This document shows positions 1 through 11,514 of a stretch of DNA of 64,000 bases, piece by piece; position 1 is the stretch's first letter; every line of letters begins with the position of its first letter. Below the pieces are notes generated by a model. The model did not search any database. It had not been told where the DNA came from and saw only the letters and a list, made by a program, of their open reading frames with translations. The stretch lies in the NCBI GenBank assembly GCA_963833425.1, contig CAWHXP010000005.1:96001-160000 (forward strand), given 5' to 3'. This DNA comes from an uncultured Methanosarcinaceae archaeon. GTDB lineage: Archaea > Halobacteriota > Methanosarcinia > Methanosarcinales > Methanosarcinaceae. The translations under genes and the position numbers were made by a program.

Positions 1-99
1 GAAAGGCGTACTGATCGTAATGGAGCCGAGAAGGCGTCTATTGGTATGGCGTGTATCGTGGATATATATCCGCCGTGGCTCATCGAGCATCCAGAGTAA
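1..99 (+). CDS. 3' end of an unidentified CDS entering the window
   Basis: Frame 1 is open (ERRTDRNGAEKASIGMACIVDIYPPWLIEHPE) to TAA 97-99; AT-rich sequence follows. Confidence 0.45.
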   Translation, partial: ERRTDRNGAEKASIGMACIVDIYPPWLIEHPE

Positions 100-649
100 A
101 AAAAAAATCATACAATAAATTAAGTTGTTTTTATCTTTTGATGGCTGTTTACCGAAAATTCTGTAAATTTTGAGTCAAATTTTTGCATTCTGTTTGTAAT
201 TTTATTCTTTCGGTATGGAATTTTCTACCAGTAACTTCTTCAGATTTCCAGTTTTGCGGAAAAATTGGCATACTGCACAGCGAACAGAAAAATGTCTCGG
301 TTATTTTATAGCAAAACTATGCATCGAAAAGATCAAAAAGTCTTATGTGTCCTTTGATTAAGGCTCGATATTGGTAAGATAGAGCCTGTTATAAAGATAA
401 TTCATTTTATTTTTAAAAATATAACAGGAATTAAGAAAGTAAAAAACAGTTCTACAGTAAATCCAGAAGATGAAATTAACAAACTGAGGAAATTAATTTA
501 GAGAAAAGTCGAGATTCAGTTAAAAGAAAATAGTGAATTCAATGGATTTTGGAATCGTATCCACTCGTTGGTATTTTGATCGATACAAATGAATCAGAAT
601 CAGAAAAAGGACACTTCCAAAAATGGAAATCTCAAAATTGGAATCTTAC

Positions 650-1177
650 ATAAAGGCATTCATCGATAGTCAAGGATATACAAACATACCCTCACTGGGC
701 CATGAATGCTGCATGAACAGTATGTATAGGTATCGTTTTGTTTTTAAACTTAAGATCGTGTGTGCGCAAGCATTGCCAATCAGGGTACATGTGAATCCAA
801 GCTCTTTTGCAGCCTTGATAGCAGTGTCTATATATATGGCGTATTGCTCCGCAAGCTACAAGGTTAGTTACATGCTTTTCTTCCATTTTGGAGAGGAGTT
901 CGTTATGAAAAAAGTGTTAGGAAAATGTTCCTCAATGACAGCTTCTCTGGAAGAGGAATAAGGTCGCATGAAAATCTATTCTCAGAGTTTCGTGTATAAA
1001 GAAGTAGTCTTTGGTCTCTTAAACAAATGTTTGACAAGAAAACCAGCTTATCTGAAGTACGGAATATTTTAAGGAATTCTGTTGCCTTTTCTACTGCTTC
1101 TTTCATGTTTACAAGTTCCATCTCGCCGCCTGAAAAATAGCCATATTGGATATCAATAAGTAGAAAAGTTTTTTCAT
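650..1177 (-). pseudogene. Isochorismatase/cysteine hydrolase family pseudogene
   Basis: Fragments in changing frames: LLIDIQYGYFSGGEMELV, VTNLVACGA, IDTAIKAAKELGFTCTLIGNAC, DLKFKNKTIPIHTVHAAFMA; several frameshifts. Confidence 0.8.
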
Positions 1178-1407
1178 ACTACTGAATGGAGCTTCCAACA
1201 GTAATATTTCTGATTGTTTAATTCAGTTGAGTGCCCTGAAGATTGCTGCGGAGATGAAAACAACAAAATTTTTAGAATTGAAAGTAAGTAATTTAGAACA
1301 GATGATCAAACCTTGGGTAACTTTGATTTGTTTTGGTATCTATTTTTACATAGTTACGCGTTCTAATGATCAACCGATTTGTTTATAATAAATTGTACAG
1401 TATCCTT

Positions 1408-2505
1408 CTATTTCAACAGGGTTCTGGAGTTGATAAAGCTACTCCGGATCATGTGGTCTGCAAGAACAAGGGCAACCATGGCTTCAGCAACTGGTACCAT
1501 ACGCGGAGGGATTGTAGGATCATGCCGTCCTTGGATCATTATTTTAGTGTTTTCTAGGGTCTTGAGATCAACAGTTTGCTGAAGTTTTCCTATGGAAGGA
1601 GTAGGCTTTACTGCAGCCCTGCAAACGATATTCATCCCCGTTGAAATTCCTCCAAGAATACCACCTGCATTATTGCTAATACAAGTGATTTTTCCATCCT
1701 CGATTCGGAAATGATCATTCATTTCACTTCCACGCATATGGGCAGCCTCAAATCCGGCTCCGATTTCAAAGCCCTTAATTGCAGGAATACTCATAAGTGC
1801 TTTTGCGAGGTCCGCGTCCAGCCGATCAAACACAGGTTCTCCTAAGCCTGAAGGAACACCTTTTGCAATAACTTCGACAATGCCACCGACGCTGTCTCCT
1901 CCGTGCTTAAGGTCTGCAACTTTTTCAAGCATTTTTTTGGCAGCTTCAGGATCGGCACATCTCACATGGTTTTTTTCTACATTTTCAAGTATTTCTTCAA
2001 AAGAAAGAGTTTTAGCCCGAATACCCCCTAGTTCGAGTACATGTCCGACAATCTGGATCCCAAATGTGGAAAGCAGGAGTTTTGCGAGGGCTCCACCTGC
2101 AACTCTGCCTATTGTTTCACGAGCTGAAGATCTGCCACCTCCTCTGTGATCCCTTATCCCGTAACGGACTATATAGGTAAAATCAGCATGCCCAGGGCGA
2201 GGAGTATTTTTAAGATCATCATAAGCCGAGGACTTTACATCCGCATTCCACACCAGCATAGAAATGGGAGTGCCTGTGCTAACTCCTTCGTAAACACCTG
2301 AAAGTATATCAACTCTGTCAGCCTCATTTCTTGGAGTGGAAACTTCACTCTGTCCAGGGCGCCTTCTGTCCAGCTCCTTCTGAATATCAATTTCTGAAAA
2401 AGAGAGTCCGGCAGGTAATCCGTCTACCACAACTCCTACAGCCCTGCCGTGGGATTCGCCCCATGTGGTAATTCGAAACATCTGCCCAAAAACATTTCCA
2501 GCCAT
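1408..2505 (-). CDS. aroC: Chorismate synthase
   Basis: [29 protein letters not shown] motifs; start placed at MAGNVFG. Confidence 0.97.
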   Translation of the reverse strand: MAGNVFGQMFRITTWGESHGRAVGVVVDGLPAGLSFSEIDIQKELDRRRPGQSEVSTPRNEADRVDILSGVYEGVSTGTPISMLVWNADVKSSAYDDLKNTPRPGHADFTYIVRYGIRDHRGGGRSSARETIGRVAGGALAKLLLSTFGIQIVGHVLELGGIRAKTLSFEEILENVEKNHVRCADPEAAKKMLEKVADLKHGGDSVGGIVEVIAKGVPSGLGEPVFDRLDADLAKALMSIPAIKGFEIGAGFEAAHMRGSEMNDHFRIEDGKITCISNNAGGILGGISTGMNIVCRAAVKPTPSIGKLQQTVDLKTLENTKIMIQGRHDPTIPPRMVPVAEAMVALVLADHMIRSSFINSRTLLK

Positions 2506-3379
2506 AATATTAACTTGCTTTTTTGCTATTTGATTCTTGAGGTTATTGCAAGGGAGGCTCAATACTCACAAATAATTCAGAAATTATCCCCGTAATTTCT
2601 CCATCATCTTTTTGTTGATCCTTCGATAGATAAGGGTTATTTCCGAGAGGTATTTCAGTAAGCTGTGTAAGCTACAACCTGCTACTTTATTAGAAGAACT
2701 GGTGCATGTTGTGCTTTTATTTTTGCAACCTGTTTCTGTGTATAATTTTTAGCTTGACCAGATATTGTCTTGTCTCAAAATAACTTTGATAATCTTTCCC
2801 AAAATATTTCTTATAGATTCTCAAAACAATATTCTTACCCACTTTCCAAAGATGTACATAATAATGCCATCTATTTCCTCAATATGACAGTAACTTAAAA
2901 ATTGATCTAAGTTTCAATAATAGTGGGCAAATAGGCAAACAAATTCGACATTAATATATACTACAGGATATTGGTTACTAAAAACACCGAATATTTTCGA
3001 TATCTTCGTGCTCCCATTTTACCGGTTCACCTATATTGTTATACTTTATCCGTTCAGTTCTCTTGTTCATTTATATTCATTATTCAAAGGCCCGATAGGA
3101 AATTTATCCAAGAATCTCTAAGTGCAATTTCTGACATGAAGATTTGTAGAGAACAAAAATTAATTAAGATGATGGACAACTGAATTGTAATAGCACAAAA
3201 AGGTGTATCTCCTTTTGTCTATAAGCATGACCTATCACTTAGAAAATAATTTTTGCTACTTTTATGAAAAAATATTATCGTTTGAACAGTAATTATCAGT
3301 TTTTAGTTTGACAAAATTATTTAAATTATGAGTCAACAAAAATAGTTTTGTTCTTCTAACCTCATAAAATAACATTTTT

Positions 3380-4057
3380 TCACTTCTCTATAAATATCGC
3401 ACTGGAAGGACATAGATCCTTCAAAACACATATTTCACATTTAGGTTTTTTTGCCTGGCAGATTTTTCTCCCATGATAAATCAGGATCATGGAGATTGAA
3501 TCAAGCTCCTCCTTTGGTATAAGGGATACCAAATCAGCCTCGATTTTCTCAGGATCGGAATTCTTTGTAAAGTTTAATCTCCTTGATACTCTTTTTACAT
3601 GTGTATCGACAGCTATGCCCTCTATTACTCCAAATGCCCTCGCAAGCACTATATTTGCTGTTTTTCTCCCGACTCCAGGTAAAGTAACAAGTTCTTCCAT
3701 TGTCTCAGGAACTTTTCCATTATAGTACTCGACGATCATTCTTGCAGCACCTTTGATATTTATTGCTTTATTTTTGTAAAAACCGGTAGAATAAATATCA
3801 TTCTCAAGTTCGATGATATCTGCATTTGCATAATCATTTGCAGTACTGTATTTTTTAAACAACTTCTCAGTTACCCTGTTAATCTGGACATCTGTAGATT
3901 GGGCAGATAGAATAGTTGCTATAAGAAGCTCTAGAGGGTTACGATAATTGAGGGAAGGCTTCGCATCAGGGTACGTCTTCTTAAGAATAGCTAAACAGAC
4001 CTGTACTCTTCGTATCTCATCAGAATTACTATTAGCCGTAGAGTATTTCGGGAGCAT
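3380..4057 (-). CDS. nth: Endonuclease III
   Basis: LIATILSAQSTD, HhH motif LPGVGRKTAN, AVDTHV, C-terminal CX6CX2CX5C Fe-S motif; start uncertain (ORF open to 4123). Confidence 0.95.
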   Translation of the reverse strand: MLPKYSTANSNSDEIRRVQVCLAILKKTYPDAKPSLNYRNPLELLIATILSAQSTDVQINRVTEKLFKKYSTANDYANADIIELENDIYSTGFYKNKAINIKGAARMIVEYYNGKVPETMEELVTLPGVGRKTANIVLARAFGVIEGIAVDTHVKRVSRRLNFTKNSDPEKIEADLVSLIPKEELDSISMILIYHGRKICQAKKPKCEICVLKDLCPSSAIFIEK

Positions 4058-5015
4058 CAAGAATAAATTTGAATTGAATGCTGATAAATTTTTGCCCGAA
4101 AATTCAAATCTTTTAAAGAACATTGGAGGAGAATTTAGACAATGGATTTATTACTGGCACCATAATCAATCACTATAAGCATATGACAAAATTTAGGAGC
4201 TTATTAAAATCCTCTACAAGTAATCCTTCAAAAATTCTTATAAAATGTGATTTCAGTCACATGTTATGTGATCGAATTGAACAAAAAAACGATACTAAGC
4301 TATGTAGAAATCATCTAAGTTGTTCATTTTCCTCCTCTTTTCAAAACATTGTATTACGATATATCCCCATACTTTTCCTACAAAAAACGAAAAATCTAAA
4401 TGTCATGTGATAAGTAAAGACATGATTAAGAAAGAATTCATTCACTGATTAGATAGGAAATAAGATCAGGTTTAATAATAGTGTAAGAAAAAATAGAATA
4501 AAATTTTGGGGAAATTAGAAGACAGCTGCACTTAATCTTTGATAAAATTAAATACTATCAAAGGAATATAGTGGAGACAACGTTCTCTATTGTCAAAAGG
4601 AAGTTTGGATAGTACTCCTGACAAGAAAGTTCCATAATAAGTCAAATAAATAAAACGGAAACTGCTGGTCTGTAACGTAAACAAAAAGATAGTCGAGATA
4701 ATTTGCATTAAATTAAATATTTCTACAGACCGTTTTTAGATAATTATGTTCTACCTTGCAATGTAGTTTTGTTAGAGTTTGTATCAGAACTGAGTTTAAT
4801 TTTACTATACAGTAACTATTTTGTAAATTAAAATGTTGTTATTTTGAGAATATATTAAAATTTATATAAAATTAATAACTAAAAGCAATGTAACAATGAG
4901 TTTAATAAATAAAAAATATAATTTTTCAGCAGAAATTTTTTTCGTGAATTATGCATTAAATTCATTTTTGTAGTTATATTCAAGCATCAATACCTGACAC
5001 ATCAAGAGGCCGAAA

Positions 5016-6608
5016 ATGAAAAAAGTGAGATATGATAAAGCAAGTAGAGGGTATAACCTAGTAAAGGCTTTTGGAATCACTTTACTGGCGCTTTTTATAC
5101 TAGTTAGTATCGCCGGAGCAGTGCCATTTACAGATATTCCGGATACCAGCAGCAACAATGTCTCTAATTTAAATAAGTCTGATGAAGCAATAAGAATATA
5201 TGACGAAGCAAATGAAATTAACTCGCAGGATGCACAAGCTTTAGACAGTAAAGGAATTGCTCTGGATTATTTAAATAAATCTGATGAAGCAATAAAACCA
5301 TATTGCAAAGCGATTGGGATTAATCTGCAGGATTCGAAAATTTTGGACAATAAAGGAAAAATCCTTTCTGACCTAACTAAATCCAATGAAACATTAAAAG
5401 AATCTGACAAAGCAAACAACTCTGATGAAGAAACAAAAGAATATAACAAAGCAAACAACTCTGATGAAGCAATAAAAGCATTTGACAAAGCAATTGAAAT
5501 AAATCCGCAGGATTCAGATGCTTGGATCTATAAGGGAAATGTTCTTTCTGATTTAAATAAATTCGATGAAGCAATAAAAGCATATGAAAAAGCGATCGAA
5601 ATTAACCCGAATAATTCAGATGCTTGGTACAACAAAGGAAATACACTATATGCTCTAAATAAATCCAATGAAGCAATAAAAGCATACGACGAAGCAATTA
5701 AAATTAACCCGCATTATTTAAAAGCGTGGGAAGGTAAAGGAGTGGCTTTTGACAATTTAAACAAGCCTGTAGAAGCAATAAAAGCATATGACAAAGCAAT
5801 TGAAATCAATCCGCAATATTCAATGGCTTGGAGTAATAAAGGAAGCTCTCTAAATCATTTAAATAAATCCGATGAAGCAATAAAAGCATATGACAAAGCA
5901 ATTGGAATTGATCCACAGAATTCAAGAGCTTGGAACAACAAAGGTATAGCTCTAGTGAAATTAGATAAATTAGACGAAGCAGTAAAAAATTTTGATAAAG
6001 CACTTGAAATTAACCCACAGGATCCAGATGCTTTGTATAATAAAGGAATTGCGCTATATAAATTAAATAAATTTGATGAAGCAAGCAAAACATATGACAA
6101 AGCGATTGAAATTAACCCTCTTTCAAATACATGGGCCAATAAAGGAAATGCTTTAAATAAACTTAATAAATTCGATGAAGCGATAAAAGCTTATGAAAAA
6201 GCAATTGAAATTAATCCCCAAAATTCGGTGGCTTGGTACAATAAAGGAAAATCTCTAGATAACTTAAATAAATCCGATGAAGCATTAAATGCATTTGACA
6301 GAGCACTTGAAATTAACCCGCACGATTCAGAAACTTGGAACTGCAAAGGCTATGCTCTGCATAAATTAAATAAATCCAATGAAGCGATAAAAGCATTTGA
6401 TAAAGCAATTGAAATTAATCCCCAAAATTCAATGGCTTGGTACAATAAAGGAAATGTTCTATCTGACCTAAGTAAATCAGATGAAGCAATAAAAGCATAC
6501 GACAAAGCAATTGAAATTGATCCCCAAAATTCAATGGCTTGGTATAAAAAAAGACTTGCTTTACATATTCTCACATCAACAACAAGTATAAATCAATCCT
6601 TAACTTAA
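5016..6608 (+). CDS. Secreted tetratricopeptide-repeat protein
   Basis: Basic/hydrophobic signal peptide followed by many 34-aa repeats (AWYNKG...EAIKAYDKAIEINPQ). Confidence 0.92.
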   Translation: MKKVRYDKASRGYNLVKAFGITLLALFILVSIAGAVPFTDIPDTSSNNVSNLNKSDEAIRIYDEANEINSQDAQALDSKGIALDYLNKSDEAIKPYCKAIGINLQDSKILDNKGKILSDLTKSNETLKESDKANNSDEETKEYNKANNSDEAIKAFDKAIEINPQDSDAWIYKGNVLSDLNKFDEAIKAYEKAIEINPNNSDAWYNKGNTLYALNKSNEAIKAYDEAIKINPHYLKAWEGKGVAFDNLNKPVEAIKAYDKAIEINPQYSMAWSNKGSSLNHLNKSDEAIKAYDKAIGIDPQNSRAWNNKGIALVKLDKLDEAVKNFDKALEINPQDPDALYNKGIALYKLNKFDEASKTYDKAIEINPLSNTWANKGNALNKLNKFDEAIKAYEKAIEINPQNSVAWYNKGKSLDNLNKSDEALNAFDRALEINPHDSETWNCKGYALHKLNKSNEAIKAFDKAIEINPQNSMAWYNKGNVLSDLSKSDEAIKAYDKAIEIDPQNSMAWYKKRLALHILTSTTSINQSLT

Positions 6609-7844
6609 AAAACACCATCGAACTTGACTCAAATATAAAGAAAAAACAAAGAAGATGACGATTTTAAAAGATTATTGAAGTACGAACAATCTAGAGAACT
6701 TATTAAGTAAAACTAAATTATTTTTGAAATTATTTACGCTTAAGATCTTGAAATTGTATACTCACGAAAAAGATGGAAAGACATGGGAAAACTTTTTTAT
6801 TCCTTTTCTCCTGTATTGCGTGAACAATAGTACTTTATAGGGACTTTAAATCCTGTCGCATCACTTGCCGTAATATAGACCCAGGTATTCATGTTAGTAG
6901 AAAAATTTTAAAATTTTTGACAAAACAAGATTGAACAAAGAAGAGGAAATTCTGAATACAACTTTTGAATCTTAGTGAAATGGGGAGTCTTATTAAGATC
7001 GAATTTTTCTTCTGTATCGTTCATTAGGTAAATAAGTTATACAAAATCATGATACTCTGTGCTGAGATGCCACTTCAATAAAACCAGAACAAAAAAAATT
7101 GATGCCGGGTATTAACATGCTTGGAATATTTGCAGAAACAAATGTCATTCTGAAAGCTTTAACAGTTTTAAGGCTGACTGAACAAATTTTATGTACTTAT
7201 TCGATTTCAATATTGTATTCCTTCGTTTTTAGTAGGAAAAGTATGGGGATATATCATAATACAATGTATGAAAAGAGGAGGAAAATGAACAACTTAGATG
7301 ATTTCTACAGAGTCACAAAATGGTAAACGCGAAAGGAAGGAAACATAGAACCGTTTTCAGGATCTTCTGTGCTGTTGGTGAATCCATGCCCCTAAGTGTA
7401 TTAAGTGTTAATTTTCACTGTAAAGATTATAAAAAGCGAATTAGCAACACTATTAAAAACGTCCAAAATAACTTAAGGGTTATCTACAATTAGTTGCTTC
7501 ATCTTCCAGTAATTAAGTTCCCCGTGTAAAGAATGTTCTCGTTTTAACTCATTGAAACAGATCCACCCTAAATAACCTCAATGAAGGCAGAACAAAAAGA
7601 CCGGATAATAGCTCAAAATGCATTTTGGAAATAAAATCAACCAAATTATAGAGGATTATCAACTCTAAAAATGGCAATTTTTTTATCTCATCTTGAATTT
7701 AAAATAATTACTAAAGATTTGGGTTCCTACTCAATAAATTTGGAATAGAACCTTATTTTCTGAACAGATTTTACCTAAAAAAGTGTTGCATCCATTCTTC
7801 TTCACTCAACAATTATATATGATTCCTTAAAGTATCTTCCATTT

Positions 7845-9185
7845 ATGACTCTTGAGCCCGTTCATATGCATAAGATCTCGGAGTTTGCAAAAAGAATCGA
7901 TCGATCGTTTGAGCTTGAGGATCCTAAGGCAGGTACTGATATTTATAATCTCCTTGATGAGTTGAAACTTGATGGAAAAGTTATTCTTAAGTCTATAGAC
8001 AGGCTCTTTCGAGGAATTGTCAAGACTGGGTTGATGTCACAGGGTGCAGACCCGTATCCGGTTACTTATGCCTGTGACAGTGGAAGCACAAATCCAAGAA
8101 CTTATGACAGCGGACTTTTTGTGGACTTCTGCCATTGCGGGCTGGCTGCAACACCTTCTGATCTTGATATCCTGAAATACAGGACAATTGTATGTGCTGC
8201 TTATTCCTCTTCACAGAGAGCGACTATGCAAGCTACAGAAGGCTGGGAAATCTTTGATGAAGGGTTTGGAAGGGCTAAGTTGGTCACAATTGCAGCTGAC
8301 GAGGTGAAAAAAAAAACATCTGATATGGTCCATAATTTTGCAATGTACCTGGCTGAATCCGAGCATATCCTTTTTATGACGGACAAAGTGAATCCCGAAA
8401 GCTTTTTCATAATGGACGGACCGATTTATCCAAAGCAGCTCATGTACTGGATGGTGCTGGATGACAAGGAAGTAAAAATCCGACAAAACGACAATGCCCG
8501 AAAAATACTCCAGAATTACATTGACATCATGGACAATTTTCTGGAAAAACGGAGGCCTTTAATCGGATTTGTAAAAAATCCTATTGACAAGCAAATTATG
8601 GACAGTATTCGGAAGAAGAGGATAGCTATTGAACTACCCTGGACGCTTGACTCCCAATTTTTCCGAAATATTCTCTCCCCAGAAAAAATTGATAGTAAAT
8701 GTGGAAAGAGGCATGCTGGTAGAAATTCAAAAAATAATTGGAAAAATGGCATATATAATGGTTCCAGGAGTACTTACATTACTTATACTAACTGGTTTTT
8801 ACAGCCTAATAAGTTTTATGAGAGGCTACTTAATGGAACTTCACCCCTTGCAGCTGGTGATACGCTTCAACAAAAACTCCGGCACAGTTTTCCAGCTGAA
8901 GATTACGCCCTTTGTTTTTTCATGCTTTATGTACCCTCTAAGGATGTGGTCTTCAAGGTAGAAACTCCTTATGGGCTTATTAAGGACAATTTCCTGCGCA
9001 TGCAAATTACCAAAAAAGTGCTTTTTGATCTTTCTCTACATGGCTTTCCTCTTACCCTCACAAAAGTAGACAATCTCTCAAAAATTAGGAAAGTGGAGCG
9101 GCAAGAGATCGATAAATTCTTTGGAAATATGAATCCTGATTTAAATTATAATGATACTCGATGGGGCAATATTATTGAAATATGA
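7845..9185 (+). CDS. nurA: NurA-family nuclease
   Basis: YACDSGS, LAESEH, IMDGPIYP, IGFVKNP motifs; coupled to a HerA-like ATPase. Confidence 0.8.
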   Translation: MTLEPVHMHKISEFAKRIDRSFELEDPKAGTDIYNLLDELKLDGKVILKSIDRLFRGIVKTGLMSQGADPYPVTYACDSGSTNPRTYDSGLFVDFCHCGLAATPSDLDILKYRTIVCAAYSSSQRATMQATEGWEIFDEGFGRAKLVTIAADEVKKKTSDMVHNFAMYLAESEHILFMTDKVNPESFFIMDGPIYPKQLMYWMVLDDKEVKIRQNDNARKILQNYIDIMDNFLEKRRPLIGFVKNPIDKQIMDSIRKKRIAIELPWTLDSQFFRNILSPEKIDSKCGKRHAGRNSKNNWKNGIYNGSRSTYITYTNWFLQPNKFYERLLNGTSPLAAGDTLQQKLRHSFPAEDYALCFFMLYVPSKDVVFKVETPYGLIKDNFLRMQITKKVLFDLSLHGFPLTLTKVDNLSKIRKVERQEIDKFFGNMNPDLNYNDTRWGNIIEI

Positions 9186-11178
9186 AGATTCCGATATTTT
9201 GGCTTTTATCTCCGACAAACCGAAAAAAGAGCCTGCAACTCAAATTAATTTAGATGCAAGAGAAAATAGAGAATTTGAGCAAATTCCTGAAGAGGATAAT
9301 TTTGTAAATAAGACGAGGGATAAGGTTGTGAATTCCCTCAAAGGCACTTTCAATCAGGATACAGCGCTTACATCTGAAACTCATTCTTTTTTCCCAGATT
9401 CTTCTATAAAATCCCAGGCTGTTAAGCTTTCTGAAAAAGAAGTTTTTCCCTTTGAAACCTTCGGAGGTTATGACGGCGAGACCTTAAATCTGTCCCCGTC
9501 TTCAGAAGCCTTCGGGATTGTTACCATAGGGATAGATCCTCTGGAAATAACCCCCTCAGGAGCTGTAATCACCGGTTTCATTACATCTTCAAGGCGGAAC
9601 GAAATAAGGCTCGGGACTTATGTGGTTTTGCCGTATGAGAGTGGAGAACAACTTTTTGCCCGTGTAGGTAAACTTCAGTATAGGCAAGAATTTGTGGTAG
9701 ATGACGCAACTGAAATACACTCAAGGAGAATTCTCAGTGCCCGCAGAGATCCGATATATGAAGCTGACTACAAATTTCTTGCCTGCCTTGACCCTCTTTG
9801 CATCCTGTACCGCAAGATCGATGGTACACTTACAAGAAGGATGGCAGACAGAATCCCTCGCCCCAACACTCCTATTCTACCTGTTACGAATAGAATTGAA
9901 GTGCAGACAGGGCTCAATATTCCTGAAGAGGGCATTTTCCTCGGGCACCTGAGCGTCGGGGGAGAACTTGTAAAAACCCATTCTGAGCCTGAAACAGTTG
10001 CATATTACCTCCGAAACGACTATTCTATGGGCGATCCTCTTATTTTCAGGCATATTCTTATCTGCGGGAGCACAGGGACAGGAAAAACTTTCCTTTCAAA
10101 AAATATTCTCCGCCAGTTCATGACAGAATACAACAGGTACAACGTGCGGAGTTCCCCTCATAAAGCCAGTAAAAATCCCTGCCTGGTTATTATGGACCCT
10201 CAAGATGAATATTCCCAGCTTTTTGAGGATAATGATACTTTAACAGAGGAAGATAATTTCAAGTTTGAATCCGAAAAAGTTGTTTATGGCAGGGTTCAGT
10301 CTACAAAAGCTTTTATAGCAAAGGTAAATGGGCAGAAATATTCTGGAGATAAGACAAGAGCTGAACAAATTGAGTTTACAATTCCTTTTTCCCTCGTAGA
10401 GCACAATTCATGGCTTATTGCAGCAGCTGGAATGTCAGAGCTTCAGTACATAGGGCTTGAGGTGCTTCTTGGAGATTTCTTTAAATCAAGCGTATCCCAT
10501 ACTTACCGTAATTTCATCGATCATATTGACAATGAGAGTACACGCTCATTCTACGTAGATAGCGGAAAACTTCATGAGTCTTCTTTTGACGGGATTGTTA
10601 GACGAACAAAAAGTCGATTTTTTTCGAAAGTCTTTGACCAGGATGCAACCTCAATTACCGATATCCTAGGCAGAATCTTCAAGCCGGGGCAAATTTCGGT
10701 TTTCCCAACCGAATATATAAGCGCTCCGAGAATCCGAGACCTTATAGTGCTCACTATCATGAGCCTGATAGTAGACAACAAGCTCAGCACCTCAGGTAAT
10801 GATGCTATCAAAGAAACGCCAATAATTTTGGGACTTGACGAAGCTCACCGTTATCTTTCTAGGGCAAATGGAGAACATGCTCGCCTAATCATTTCCCGTT
10901 TTGCTGATGCAGCTCGTCAGGGTAGAAAGGAAGGCCTCGGTCTTTTTTTAATCACGCAGGACCCCCAAGATATTGATGACACTGTTTTCAAACAGATCAA
11001 TACGAAGCTGATCCTTAACCTCAACAACGACGCAGCAATTACGTCTCTGAAAGTTCCGAAAGAGTATGAACGGAGAATTCCTTATCTTAAAAAAGGGCAA
11101 ATGATAATTAATTCCCCGGATAACAGCGATATCGTGGAAATAGTTGGGCTTTCTAATTGTTTAGTAAGACATGTTTGA
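9151..11178 (+). CDS. herA: HerA/FtsK-family ATPase (helicase)
   Basis: Walker A GSTGTGKT, DPQDEY, Walker B LDEAHRY, RQGRKEGLGLFLITQDP; true start possibly TTG 9175. Confidence 0.88.
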   Translation: MILDGAILLKYEDSDILAFISDKPKKEPATQINLDARENREFEQIPEEDNFVNKTRDKVVNSLKGTFNQDTALTSETHSFFPDSSIKSQAVKLSEKEVFPFETFGGYDGETLNLSPSSEAFGIVTIGIDPLEITPSGAVITGFITSSRRNEIRLGTYVVLPYESGEQLFARVGKLQYRQEFVVDDATEIHSRRILSARRDPIYEADYKFLACLDPLCILYRKIDGTLTRRMADRIPRPNTPILPVTNRIEVQTGLNIPEEGIFLGHLSVGGELVKTHSEPETVAYYLRNDYSMGDPLIFRHILICGSTGTGKTFLSKNILRQFMTEYNRYNVRSSPHKASKNPCLVIMDPQDEYSQLFEDNDTLTEEDNFKFESEKVVYGRVQSTKAFIAKVNGQKYSGDKTRAEQIEFTIPFSLVEHNSWLIAAAGMSELQYIGLEVLLGDFFKSSVSHTYRNFIDHIDNESTRSFYVDSGKLHESSFDGIVRRTKSRFFSKVFDQDATSITDILGRIFKPGQISVFPTEYISAPRIRDLIVLTIMSLIVDNKLSTSGNDAIKETPIILGLDEAHRYLSRANGEHARLIISRFADAARQGRKEGLGLFLITQDPQDIDDTVFKQINTKLILNLNNDAAITSLKVPKEYERRIPYLKKGQMIINSPDNSDIVEIVGLSNCLVRHV

Positions 11179-11463
11179 TATTCTTCAGGCATAAATCTGC
11201 AAAAATCGAACAATTTTCCTGTAAAAATGAATCTTATACTCCCTGTTCAAATAAACTGATGTTTTAATGAACAATAGACAATAAAACAATGGTCAGTTTC
11301 CTTAGCCATAAAGTCTATTTTAACAGAGAACAAATTTCTGGGTTAAGGGAAGCACTTTCAGAGCCAATACCAATAGAATAGTCATTATACACAGTTGATG
11401 AAGGGATGTTCTTTCGGTTTCATTTTACATCAAAAGTTTTATTATAGGCAAATGCGTAGTTTA

Positions 11464-11499
11464 CATCTCAATATTGAGATGCATCTCAAAATTAAGGCA
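11464..11499. promoter_or_regulatory. Palindromic operator upstream of rbkR-ribB, with a degenerate tandem copy
   Basis: Perfect 18-bp palindrome CATCTCAATATTGAGATG (11464-11481), then CATCTCAAAATTAAGGCA; about 20 bp downstream of a TTTATTATA box. Confidence 0.75.
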
Positions 11500-11514
11500 A
11501 AAAAGGTGCTGATA

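Noticed and set aside
623..961. 112-aa plus-strand ORF
   Set aside because: Lies opposite the isochorismatase pseudogene and shows no recognisable motif
5160..6560. CRISPR-like periodic repeats
   Set aside because: The ~102-bp periodicity is TPR coding sequence; there are no unique spacers and no cas genes
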